The position numbers and the translations under genes are program-made. The notes beneath the pieces are model-generated. The model searched no databases. It was not told the DNA's origin and worked only from the letters and a program-made list of their open reading frames with translations. DNA of 63,161 nucleotides, counting the filler, from Folioceros fuciformis (lineage: Eukaryota), in the NCBI GenBank assembly GCA_049999805.1. It is 12 parts of 12 records of this genome, joined end to end, with 100 filler letters (N's around TTAATTAATTAA, not from the genome) between each part and the next. Parts side by side here need not be neighbours in the genome. Positions count along the whole stretch, not along the records: positions 37,763 to 48,210 come from JBNGIO010005600.1; positions 48,311 to 56,205 come from JBNGIO010005601.1; 10 more parts are not named here. One strand, 5' to 3'. Shown here piece after piece: positions 38,736 to 50,918 of the stretch; positions within the stretch are counted from its first letter, which is position 1; each line of letters begins with the position of its first letter.

Positions 38736-41700
38736 TAATGGAATTGTAAATATCTCTAGAATTAGGTTAGAAATATATAAGTAGTTTAATAAACAGTTAC
38801 AACCGACAAACATGACTTTGCTTATATGCTTGAATTTCTGCTGAAGCACCCAACCGTTTTTATTCCCCTTCGTGCCTCGTGCTTCTGGTCATCGCCTTCA
38901 CGCGTGCTCGTGCCCCTGGCATTCATGGATTGCGTTATGGTATTAGAGCTTTGTTGATCGTGCGCGAGCACCCATGTGTGGTACAGTACGATGCCGAAGC
39001 GCGGGTCTGCACCACGTGCGCCGAGGAGAAGAGTCTGCGTAGAAGCAGCACGGACTCCTTCTCCTAGGACGGGTTTTGTATGCCGATACTACTGTGAAGA
39101 CGAATTGCAGACCTTTGCTCCTCGATTTGTCATCTCAAGGCACACAGCTCGCTCCTCCTATATCCGGCGCAACGTGGTTAGCCCCGCACAAAGTCCTCGG
39201 AGAATTTCACCGGTAAGCACTCCAACATCCGGCACACCTCGAAGGCAGCGCCCGGACAGACAAGCGAGGGAGAGCGAGATCCTTGCTGCCAGCGCTCAGA
39301 TTCGAGTTTTACAAGATGTTCTTCAGGGTCTTACTGCCGGCATCAACCAACTGTTTCTCATCTGCCAGAGTCATCGTAGTGCTAGGCGTTCACATCTGGC
39401 TGGTCTGATAGCAGCAGGTCGCGAGAGAGCGACCCGTTACTAATTCCCTTCTCAGTTTTGATGAAATGTCGCCTAGGAGGTCTTTGAATGTCGCATCTGA
39501 TGACAAATTCGACCTCGACTCCGACGGCATAGTGGAGCCAGACGAGGGGAGAGACCCTCTTGACGTTGACGAGCAACAGTCACGGCCAGCAAGGACTCCA
39601 CAATACGAGTTTGACTTCGACTTTGGCCGCTCCCGCCATCCCACTGCTGGGACAGAGGAGGACCGGACACGGGGTGACTACAGATCTTATGTACGCGCTG
39701 GAGAGTATTCACGGGAGCCTGAGGTTTACCAAACTCGCCAGCAAGCTCGTCAACAACCTCCTACGGCTGGAACTATTCCAGCCTTTGCAAGTTTTGCATC
39801 AAGTTCAACTCCTGCTTCAACATCTGCCACCTTCTCTACATCAACGGGAGTTTCTTCTTCAACCATGGCAGCTCTTCCTCACAGTACCCTGAAAATAGAG
39901 TTCAGAGACAAGGATCGCTTCAACGGGAGCGACTACAACACTTGGTCAATGCGTTTGACCCAGATACTTGAGGAAAATGAGCTCATGTCAGTTGTTGATG
40001 GAACAGAAGTGATCCCTCCAGTGCAGCCTGCTCACGCATCAGCTGCAAACGCTACGAATGCTGCTAACATTCTGGCATGGCAGAGAAAGGATAGGAGAGC
40101 TCTCTCTATTCTTATTGCATCATTGGATAGAAATATGATGCCCCACACTCTTGGTGCTAACACCTCTGCTGCTGTGTGGCACAACTTCAGTCTGCTTTAT
40201 AAAGACAAGAGCAGTGCTTCCCAATTGTATGCACATAGAGAGTTTTATGGCATGAGGATGAAGGAGAGCGAGACTGTGGAGTCTTACATCAACCGGTTTT
40301 GCACTGCCCGTGCCACCTTAGCTTATTGTGGGACAGTTCTGACTGAGACTCAAGCTGGGACTACCCTATTAGCCTCTCTGCCCGAGAGCTATATAGTCAT
40401 TTCATAAGCTCTCAATTTGCAAGGGCCTCTGCAGCGGCTGCTGGAGGTCCTCCAGTCTTAACCTTGGAGGAACTTCTTGGTGCCCTCTTAGCTAAAGAAC
40501 GGACCAAGGGTTTCCACAAGGGCAAGCAAGGAACTCATCAGAATACTCGGGTTTTATTTTCTAGACGTGGCAGAGGTGGTAGAGGTGGCTGTGGTAGAGG
40601 AGGACAAGCCCGAGGAGGTCACTCCACTGCCAGGCAACCAAATCTTCAGAGGAAGACTTTCACATGTTATTGGTGCAAAATCCCCGGGCATTATGAGAAG
40701 GACTGTCGTAAGAAGCGTGCTAGGGAACCTAAAAGGGAAGTATCTGTCCCAGAATCAAATCTTGCTGCTGCTAAACTTGCAACATCCAAAACCCCGTCAA
40801 TCCTTGCAGTTTGTTTGTCTTCAGTTCACATACAGGCTGACATGTGGTTTTTGGATTCCGGTGCAACCAGTCATATCTGCTATGACAGACAATCTTTTCA
40901 TGACTTCACACCAGCTTCTGACAGTCGCCAGTTTGTGTTGTTAGGTGACGACAGTGGTCTTGCTATCAAAGGTTCTGGTTCGGTAAGTATAGAACTGCCC
41001 AACTTAGATGTCTTGGTTCTCACAGGTGTGCTTTTCGTCCCTGCCATGACTAAAAATTTGATGTCAGTTATGAAATTAGCTGAGGAACATTCTTGTCGAA
41101 TCTGTTTTGATCACACCGGGTGTTCTATCTCTCGCATACCTGGTTGGGATGATATTTTCTATGGTACACCTTTTAACGACTTGTATTTGTTGAATGTCAG
41201 AACCTTACCACAGCGGAGCACTGCCCATGTAAGTGTCTCACCCTCCATTTCACCAACTCAGCTTTGGCACTGTCGACTCGGACATGTGAATTTTCAGTGC
41301 CTATCTTCCTTGGTTAACAATACTGTTTTTCGAGATCAGCTGTCTTTTTCTTTTGATCACCAAGCTTTTTGTGACTCTTGCCAGGTCAGTAAAGCCATGT
41401 CACAACCATTTCGTGATCAAAATCTGTCTAGAGCCCCTAGCCTCTTGCACACAATTCACAGCGATCTCTGTGGTCCCATGTCTACTGAATCTTTTGGTGG
41501 GGCCCTTTATTTTCTCACCTTCCTTGATGAGTGGAGTAGATATTGCACCATCTATGTCCTCCACAGCAAAAGCCAAACACTTTCCTGTTTCCAAGACTTC
41601 ATCATCATGGCTCAACGTCAGACTAGGTGCAATGTAAAGATTCTTAGATCTGACAACGGGGGAGAATATACTAGCCATGCCTTTTCTGAGTTTTGTGCAG

Positions 41701-44700
41701 CAGAGGGAATCCTTCATCAGTTTACCGTTCTCTATACCCCTGCACAAAATGCTTTTGCGGAGAGGAAGAACAGGACCTTACAGGAGGCTACACTTTCAAG
41801 TTTGTCTTTTGCTGGACTCACAAGAGGATACTGGGCAGAGGCTCTTGTTGCGGCCAATTATGTACAAAACCACCTGCCCACCAAGGAACTTGGACTCATC
41901 ACACCTTACGAAAGGTGGACAGGGAAGAAGCCGCGTATCACTCACTTGCGCATTTTTGGCAGCCCACCATATGCTTTAGTCCCTTCTCAATTACGCAGCA
42001 AGTTGGATCCCAAAGCTGTTCGCCGAATCTTCGTAGGCTATGCTGAGGATGTCAAAGGATACAAGCTTTTTGACCCTGCTACTCGACAACTATCCTATTC
42101 TCGCAGTGTTATATTTCATGAGAATGCCTTGCTTCGCCGTCATGACACTCTGCTGACCCCTGCTTCTTTGCCGGCTCCCATCTCTATACATGGTGTAGAT
42201 GATTTATCTGATTTCTCTTCTGATCAGGATGCTGACGTCTCCATTTTTTATTTTGAAGATCCATCTTCTTCAGCTTCACGGGAGAGTACACAGCCGTCGA
42301 CACAGCCGTCGCAGCAACTACCATCACCATCCTTGCCAAATGAGTTGCCCTCTCCTTCTGTTCCTGAACCTGAAGAAGCTGATTTGTTTTCACCTGACCT
42401 AGTTGAGCCTCCTCAAGACATAGATTTTGTTCCTGTCTCTACTGAGCCTGCTGTGCCTACACCACTACCTGTCGAGCCTTCAGTCCCTGCTTCAGACCCT
42501 CCTGACTCACCAGTATTGCGTAGATCTACACGTCATAGGCCTCCCCGTCATGAATGGTCTGAGCCTCCCTATGTTGCTGGACTGTCTGCTACCTCATCTT
42601 CTACACCCAACTTCAATACCTCAAAGCCTGCAACATACCTTGAAGCCATCACAGGTCCTGAAGCCCAATACTGGAAGGAAGCAATAGACTCTGAGTATAA
42701 TTCCCTCATAGCCAATGGCACATGGAAGTTAGTGGACTTGCCCGAAGGTCGTAAGCCAGTGTCATGCAAATGGGTATTTAAGAAGAAGTTAAACACTGAT
42801 GGGAGTGTAGGACGCTACAAGGCTAGATTAGTTGCTAAAGGTTATAGCCAAGTAGCTGGTCTAGATTACAATGAAACATTCGCCCCAGTTGTTAAGTTGA
42901 CCTTTATTAGGATACTGTTATCCCTAGCAGCTCACTATGGCCTCCACGTCCATCAGCTTGATGTTAAAACAACCTTCCTTAATGGGTCTCTAGAAGAAGA
43001 GATATACATGATGCAACCCGAAGGTTACCAAGTTGATATGGACAAGGTATGCTTATTACTCAAGACTTTATATGGCCTAAAACAATCCAACAGGGCCTGG
43101 AACGAAACTTTTCATGCCCTACTTATCGAGCTTGGTTTCACCTGCCTAGATGCCGACAACAGTGTGTATATTTTATGGGATGGAGATGACTTTCTGATAC
43201 TGTCCGTCTATGTAGATGACAACTTCTTATTTAGCACTTCATTAGACCTGATGGCTAGAATTAAGAGTGTTTTGTTGTCTCATTTTGATATGACAGATTT
43301 AGGCCAGTTGAGATTCTCTTTAGGTGTCTAATTCCAATTTTCAGCTGATAGACATACTATAGAAATCCACCAGGAACATTTTGTTCACCAGCTGCTGAAA
43401 CGTTTTAATATGTCTGATGCACGGCCAGTTACTACTCCCATGGCCACAGGTGAGAAGCTCTCGAAGGAGCAATGTCCTGTTACCCAAGAGGAGAAGGAGT
43501 TGATGGCCTTACGCCCATATAGGCAAGCAGTTGGAAGTCTTATCTATCTCGCAGCTTGGACACGTTTAGATATTGCTAGAGCTGTTAGTAATGTTTCCCA
43601 GTTCCTGGAGAACCCGGGAGAACCTCATTGGATAGCTGTAAAGAGGATTTTCCGGTACTTAAAGGGGACATCCAGATTTGGTTTAAAGTACTCCAAGCAA
43701 GTTGCAGGGCTGGATCTTACTGCCTATTGCGATGCAGACTGGGCTGGTGACCCAGACTCCAGGAGGAGTGTCGCAGCATATTGTAACATTATGGGTGGTT
43801 CTGCTATTTCTTGGTCTAGTAAGAAGCTGGCAACCATTTGCCTATCATCTACAGAGGCCGAGTACGGAGCCCTGTCTCAAGCATTTCGAGAGATTATATG
43901 GGTTTGTTCATTTCTTAGAGGACTTCAACAGCTGCCTGCTGGTGCAACCAGGATTTGGTGTGACAATCAATCCGCAATCGCACTCTCCAAGAATCCTGTT
44001 TTTCATGCAAGGTCCAAGCACATAGAGATAACGCACCACTTCATCAGACAGGCAGCGGATACAGGAGAAGTTGAGGTAATGTATATTCCCACTGGTGATA
44101 ATATTGTAGACTTGCTTACAAAGGCACTGCCCAAGGTTCTCCACAGCAAGCATTTTACCTCTGCAGGGCTGAGTCTGGCTTCTCCCTCTCATAAGCCAGG
44201 CACTGCCCATTAATCTAGGTGTGCTGTTCCCATGCTCCGATAGTAACATTGTACCCCTTTTCCTTCACCTTCTTCTTGAGTACTTGCAGCAACTGCTCTG
44301 TTTTTCTCAGTTCATCCAGCAATGCTGCACCCACAACAGTTTAAGGTAAGGGTAACACCCATGAGCATGGAGCAACAGCACAAGTGGAAGAAGAGTAGGG
44401 TGGATGAAGCGAGCACTCACAGGAAATCGCCTGCCCTTCTTCATCTGGATCGTCATACCTTCCTCTCTTCACACGTTTTTCAGCTGCAGAGGGAGCTTTC
44501 TCATTGCCACCGCTTATCATAGTTGCCTTCAGAAGTATCTTCTGCTCCGCTGTTCAGAAGTTGCCACGCTGTCAGAATTCATGCTGTATGCATAGTAGTA
44601 ATGCAGCTCTCCCTCCTCCTCAGGCAAAGCAGTTTCCACTAGCCTCTCATACTCCTTGGTAGCTTTCACAATTAGTGCATTCCAGTCCCCTTGGTGTGTG

Positions 44701-45241
44701 ATCCTTCTTCAGCGCCATATGGAGCCTGCAGTGTGAGCACCGAAGACACCAGAGCGAGACAAGGAGGATGGCGAACCAGGCCAGGAGGAGTGAAGCAGCC
44801 AAGTTTCCGAGCGCAAACATGTCCATGCTTGGCGTCATTCTTCTGCTGAGGAGCTGGAGCGTAAGTGTGGAGCATACAATCTGCAGAGTTGGAGGCAGCT
44901 GGAGCGTTTGCTAGGACTGAGCGTGCTTCACGTTCCTCAATCCTCAATGTTTCCCTTTGAATCTGAAACCCGTTTCAGGGTTACTTCTCATACAATTTTA
45001 ATTTGGTTGCATATTCCCTGTTTATCCCAACTAAGAGGGAGTGATGGAATTGTAAATATCTCTAGAATTAGGTTAGAAATATATAAGTAGTTTAATAAAC
45101 AGTTACAACCGACAAACATGACTTTGCTTATATGCTTGAATTTCTGCTGAAGCACTTAACCGTTTTTATTCCCCTTCGTGCCTCGTGCTTTTGGTCACCG
45201 CCTTCACGCGTGCTCGTGCCCTTGGCATTCATGGATTGCGT
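38736..45241 (+). mobile_element. Full-length Ty1/copia retrotransposon, lightly decayed
   Basis: LTRs of about 200 bp at 38736-38937 and 45042-45241 (about 6 transitions); PBS tggtattagagc 38938-38949; PPT aagagggag. The end of the 3' LTR is interrupted by a gypsy LTR. Confidence 0.94.
39466..44213 (+). pseudogene. Copia gag-pol, with a frameshift near 40400 and a TAA at 43329-43331
   Basis: DRFNGSDY; CYWCKIPGHYEKDC; WFLDSGATSH; HSDLCGP; RSDNGGEY; YKARLVAKG; YVDD; CDADWAGD; FHARSKHI. Confidence 0.95.
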
Positions 45242-48210
45242 TGTGGCCAAGAGCTGGAAGAAGAGGAGGAATCGGGCATGGGTGGAATGAGCGGGAGGGG
45301 ACCGAAGCATTCCCAATAGAATTGGGTAGTTAGGATCAGACGTGGTAGAGGGGGTAGTTTAAGCGCCGTTTAATGCGCTTAAGCGCTGTGGTAGGTGAGA
45401 GACCATCAATGGCTGCCTACCCGACCAACCATCCCAATCGACAGTAGCCAGGAACTCTATAAGAGTCATAGGGCTCAAGAGATAAAGTTGTCGTTCTCCG
45501 TTTTTCACCAAGCCTGAGCACACTTGTTTGTGTTCCAACGAGTGCGCTCTTGCCGGCTGCGTCGTCTGCAGTGTCTGGTAGCTTGGTGGGGATTGTGACG
45601 GCCCAGACGCCTGGATGTGAGGTGCCATGTTTCGCACGCACGCTTGCGGTGTCCAACCTGGGTGAGTTTGTCGAGAAGGGCCCGAGTCTTCGACTCAGCG
45701 CGAGCTGGCTGGAGATCTTCGCTACCGCCGCATCAGTGGTCCTTCTCGTGAACGAAGTCAGGCAACCACTCCCCTGACGAAGGAAGAATGAAGGAGTTGC
45801 ATAGGTAGGTATGGAGTAGAGGAGTTGAGGGAGTTGAGTTGAGAAGGGAAGGCTGGTTGGGGAGAATTAGATCGAGGAGAAGAAGAGACGAGAGCAAGAG
45901 AGGAAGTGTTGGACTGGACACAAGGAAGGAACCGGGGAAGAGAGTGAGGAACGTGGGTGTCCTACCGAAGTGAGTCGCTAACAACAGAGGCGTGGTTGGG
46001 AGGCAGGGGGTGTATTCAAGCTCGCGAGGGTCGTGGTAGAAGAGAGGTACGAGTAGAGTCGTTCACACACAACTGGGGCAGGCCCTCCTTCGAGGGAACA
46101 AAACCTGCTAGACTACACGACAGCGGGATAGGTGTGGCCGCTAAAGGAAAGCCCCCATGGTTTTTCCACCACATTTTTGGCGCCGTTGCTGAGGAGGGAT
46201 TTTGTCCCTGGTTCTGTGTGCATGGCTTGCGTGCATGAAACTGCTGATGTTTGGTAGAGGAAGAGGCGGACGTGGTAGAGGAAGGGTACCGCCGACCACA
46301 TCAAATCGAGAGCGAAGAGCAGCCCGCAGAAACCAGCTGAGAGACGCTACTGCGAATGAAGCACAGGCGAGGAGGGGAGACATTGCCTTCACTCCCAGCC
46401 CTGATACCCTCGAGGAGGAGGAAGACTTTGCTGTTTCCAGCGAAGAAGAACGGGAGACGCCAGGAAGGCAAGGTGGAACGCGGTTTTGGGACGTTTTGGA
46501 AGAACTCACTGCAGAACAGAGAGAGAACCGTGCAAAGGCCCTCTTTATTCCAGTGCCCGACTCTCCATCCACAAGGATGCCACCTACTCCAGTCGCACCA
46601 ACCATAGTGGGCGGGGAACCCCGATTTTGCATCCAACCGGAATTTCCAGCATGAGGGGAGGCACGCCTGCAGCCACGGCTAGGGGAGGGGCAGTTCACCT
46701 CCACAGTCGTCAGCAGTTCACCAAATTTGGGGACAAGAAGAGGAGCGACGATGCAGAAGCTTTTGCTCACACCTTTGAGCATGTGTCCCATGCAAATTTG
46801 GAGGACGCAGTGGCTGATAGGCTTAGGATTTTCCCAGGCCTGTTGAGAAGACGTGCTCAGCAGTGGTACAGCAGGACCTACGGAAGTATGCCACCTGCTG
46901 ATTGGAATGCTTTGAAGGCAGCATTCCTCATGCGATTCATGGGTTTGAACTTTGGGAGCCATGCGCTCTCTCGTTTGAAGAACCTACATAGGGGAAGGAA
47001 GGAGTCCCTGCGCGAATATGTAGAAAGGTTCTACGGATACTTAGAGCGTGTCCCAAGGTGCAGGCCAGCCGTTCCCGGTGGTCCATCCACCCCTGGTTTT
47101 TCCGACAAGCAAGCGTTGGATTGGTTTGCAAGTGGACTCCCCGATGCTATGGACACCCACTGCCGGCTGGGGACCACCACTCTACAAGAATGTCTGAAGA
47201 TGGCCGAAGATTATGAGTTGGCTGAGTATGAGAAGCGAAAGAAGGGGAAGGAGCGGGGGAAGGTCAAGGAAGTGAGGTACTCCAGTTCTTCTTCGCCGTC
47301 GCGTCCCTCTACGTCTTCTTCCAGGTCAGACGCGGAGCAGGGAAGCACCATCTCAGGCAACTCGACGGATGACGAGTCCGACCGCGCTTACGAACGTCGG
47401 TTGAAGAAGGATCTCGAACGTGCAAAAAGGAAACACCAGGAGGATTCTGAGAGAGCAGCCAAGAAGGAGAGGAAGAACAAGAGTTCTAATAGGATGGAGC
47501 GCGGAGGTGCCTCCGCGGGCAGGGTTGGCCTCACGGATCAGTTGGAGGCCCTGACCAGGCGGTTGACGGAGTTGGAGGTCAAGGCGGTGAAAAATTAGGC
47601 TCCACGACAATCTCCCTCTCCGGCTAGGCAGTCGGTGTACTATTCCATATGTCATCAAGCAGGACACACCAACTGTGAATGCCCCAAGGCACCAAGACAT
47701 GTGGTCAACCAGGTGGGCGCATATGTACCTGGAGATTATTGGTATGTCAATGAGACCTATCAAGTGCAGGCGGTCACAGCGGCCCGTCCACCCCAATCGA
47801 TGAGAGCCGCCTATCAACCGATTGCACCCCCAGCCATGCGGTATGGGCCGCGCCCGATTACGCTAGGCCATTGGAGGCCTGACTCATCTCAACGACTGAT
47901 GTGAGTTCCAGCTGGGTGCTGCTATAATTGTGGTGCACCTGGTCATTATGCCCATGAATGTCTTGAGCCAAGGCGGCTGATGAGGTACGTTCCATTTTGT
48001 CAAGTGTGCAACGAACTTGGCTACAAAGCTGGTGATCCACGCTGTTCAGGCATCCCACGTGTTGTCCCATCTCGGCAAGGGGTCAAAGCTTCTAACTCTG
48101 CGGCAAACGGATCTCCCGTGAACAACGAGACGGCTATCACCATGACTCCTGTTATGCAGGTTGCGGCAGAGTTTGACACGATGAAGGATACCCATGTCTA
48201 CTCGGGAATC
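45242..48210 (+). mobile_element. Ty3/gypsy (non-chromovirus, Athila-like PBS) 5' part: LTR 45242-46173, tRNA-Asp-type PBS 46178-46195, gag
   Basis: tgtgg..ccaca LTR; PBS tggcgccgttgctgagga; retrotrans_gag-like RIFPGLLRRRAQQWY..DWNALKAAFL..ESLREYVERF. Confidence 0.88.
46486..48210 (+). pseudogene. Gypsy gag with three Cys/His knuckles and two in-frame stops
   Basis: ORFs starting 46486, 47635 and 47980 share one frame; YSICHQAGHTNCEC, CYNCGAPGHYAHEC, CQVCNELGYKAGDPRC. Confidence 0.8.
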
Positions 48211-48310
48211 NNNNNNNNNNNNNNNNNNNNNNNNNNNNNNNNNNNNNNNNNNNNTTAATTAATTAANNNNNNNNNNNNNNNNNNNNNNNNNNNNNNNNNN
48301 NNNNNNNNNN

Positions 48311-48888
48311 AACATCACTTTGTACGTGAGAAGGTGAAGTTATTGGAGGTTACCTTTGAATATTGCAACACTGAGGAAATGGCTGCAGATTTCTTAACCA
48401 AGGCAGTGAGTAAGTTCAAGTTTGAGAAATGCAGGGGACTACTTGGACTGAAGCAAACTCAAGTGCGCTGAGTGGGAGTGTTAAGCATGATTAATGTTGA
48501 TATTAATTAGTGCTAATCCAGCTTATTGAGTTTGTACTAATTAGTGGTAAGAGTGATTAAGGTTATGATTAATATATATAAATATATATAGCTTATTAGA
48601 CTTTGCTATGTTGGGCAAAAGAAGTATTGTAGGGTTTGGTTGGGGTCATTTATCCCATATTGGGCACGAAATGAGAGTGCCACCCATAGGTCCATAAAAG
48701 AAGGGATGAACCCACTTAGTATATGCAGTCTAACTCCCTCTTCACTTGTATTGTGTTGTTTTTGTAATTCTCCTTTTTATTTTAGTTTAAGAGCCTTGTT
48801 ATAGTGCTCTTAGTTTTGGGATTCTGCATCTTGCTTCAACTAACTTGTTTTAACCTCCTTTGAGCATGGCGGGGGTGACATCTCAACA
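48311..48888 (+). mobile_element. Copia 3' end: RNase H tail, PPT and 410-bp LTR (48479-48888)
   Basis: HHFVREKV..MAADFLTKA; gagtgggag; tgtt..caaca; matches the LTR at 54261. Confidence 0.9.
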
Positions 48889-49300
48889 CTTTGTGTAAGT
48901 GTCTAGCAAATTGTACACGTCTGCGTCGAGCAGTCACTCGGCCATGTGCAAAAATGTGGATTCCATCCATGCCACAGCTTGCTCTGCCTCCGTAGACGGC
49001 CTGAGTGGATTCCACCTGATGGAGTCCCAAGGTGCTCGATGAATGATTCTTGTCCTCATCTCCTCGTACCTCTTGTGGCCAATGCAAAAGACTCGTTGGA
49101 ATGCACGCAAACAACATTGAAAAGGAGTATCCCCAAGGAGAAGCGATATGACTTTCTGCCTACCTCTTGTCTTTCCTTCCACTCGCATTAGTGACTCTCT
49201 TGTCGAGACATCCTTAGAAACCTATATCGCAGCTCCTAGAAGTTGTCCTTTTGCATCCTCTGCACGCACATTTGACCAAATATGGGGTTTGGTGTAGACT
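48889..49300 (-). pseudogene. Remnant of an unclassified, probably DNA-transposon-related protein
   Basis: CCLRAFQRVFCIGHKRY..AVAWMESTF..YNL..YTK reads like a real protein; family not assigned. Confidence 0.3.
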
Positions 49301-49749
49301 AATTGCTATGAAACAATTACAGTATTTATATCCAGGAATATTGCATTGATAAAACCATGTATTGTGAAAAGCCAACAGTATTTAAGATATCATGAACACA
49401 CATGATCTTTCATTTTACGACGTAACCCTACTGAAGGCGTAAATAAACCAATTATGTCTACGTACATATATATCATTAAATGAACCCTAATGAATCAACA
49501 CCTATTCTGATCACTCCCACTTGTTGATTATTATAGGTTGGTAGGTTGGTCAGTCTCCTCCTTCGCGAGTAGCCTGTGGGACTGTGAGGTTAGCTGAGCT
49601 TCTCACTGAAGCGTATATGTGTACTCTTGGCGGCGTGAGCTCCCAATGGAGCAGGATAGTGTGAAGGCAGGTTTGCACAGGTTTGCTGTTTTAGTAGCTT
49701 TCGTTTATGCCCCATGCCTTTAGAGTTTGATTGTGCGGTTTTCACCTCC

Positions 49750-50918
49750 CTATTAGATGAGAATTGTACCGCTCAGTCCTACAAAGTTATCTCCTCGGAG
49801 GGTATGTTGGACGGTTAAGGTAGGGAAGATGGGAGGATATGCCGAGGGGCTCTGCGGCCAATCACAATTTTGACACGAGTGGTTCAAGCAGGAAAATGGC
49901 GCATAGCGGATGAGCAACCCAAGATCCAACGGCCCAATGGTAACTAGCGCATAGGTGTTGATTTCGTCTTGCCGAGAATTGGGAGCTGACATTGCGGCCA
50001 TACCTCTTTAGGTGGCCTAATTGCCTAGGTACTACCACATAGACCTCCATGTCCTTTTTCAACTACCATACTGTTGTGGTCTATAGGTGGCTGGTTTGGT
50101 CACAAACGAACATCAACCGCTAGCCGATGGTTCCCAGATTGAAACATTCAGTGAGACGACAATAGGCGGCCATCCAACTCCTATGGTTCGCTTGGGGTAT
50201 CCCTCAAAATGTTAGGCTCATGATCTTGTGTTTCTTCCAAGCGTGCTTATTAGCGGTAGACCGAATGGCTTGCTTGTGGTAGTGGGGGAGGAGATTTGCA
50301 AGATGTGCAACACAGCCCCAAGCAAAAGCCAACACATCTTCTTTAGATGCGAGTATGCACAAGCGATTTGGAGGGAGATTGGCAATGGCTATTTCGCATT
50401 CTCCCAACGCCCCATGTTGTTATCACATAACAAGTTGCACTTTTCGGCTTAGATGGAGTCTCAGGGAAATCGCTTTTGGATTTCCAATGGTGGGGCCCAC
50501 TTTGGGGGCTTGCCTTTCTAACTTATGGCTCAATTGGACGCATGTTGTCTATGGCGGCAAGGAACCAGTCATTGCCAAGACACTATTGTGGCGTATTTGG
50601 GAACGCCTTCTAATATCTGTTGAGGACGCTAGGTTGGCAACCCCCAGCAAATTCAAGAAAAAGGAGTGGCAGCTTGCAGGCTACCTCACTTAGGGGGATG
50701 CAGCCTCATGGAACCACTCGTGCCCATGGAAAGGGTAAAACACCCTACCTTCCAAGAGAGCTAAGGGGGTGTATATGTAGCCTTCTTTTTTGCTTAGTAC
50801 AAAGGTAGCAGACTTGCCTTGTGGGAAGGAGATCCTACCTAAGTCCTATCCTTACGGCTTCTGTATTCTAGCAGCTAATATAGCATTAATCTGATTTTCT
50901 TCTATGAAAAAAAAAAAA
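49750..50918 (+). mobile_element. L1-type LINE 3' remnant (5' boundary approximate)
   Basis: zf-RVT motif CKMC..QHIFFRCEYAQAIW near 50297-50372; A12 tail at 50907-50918. Confidence 0.7.
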
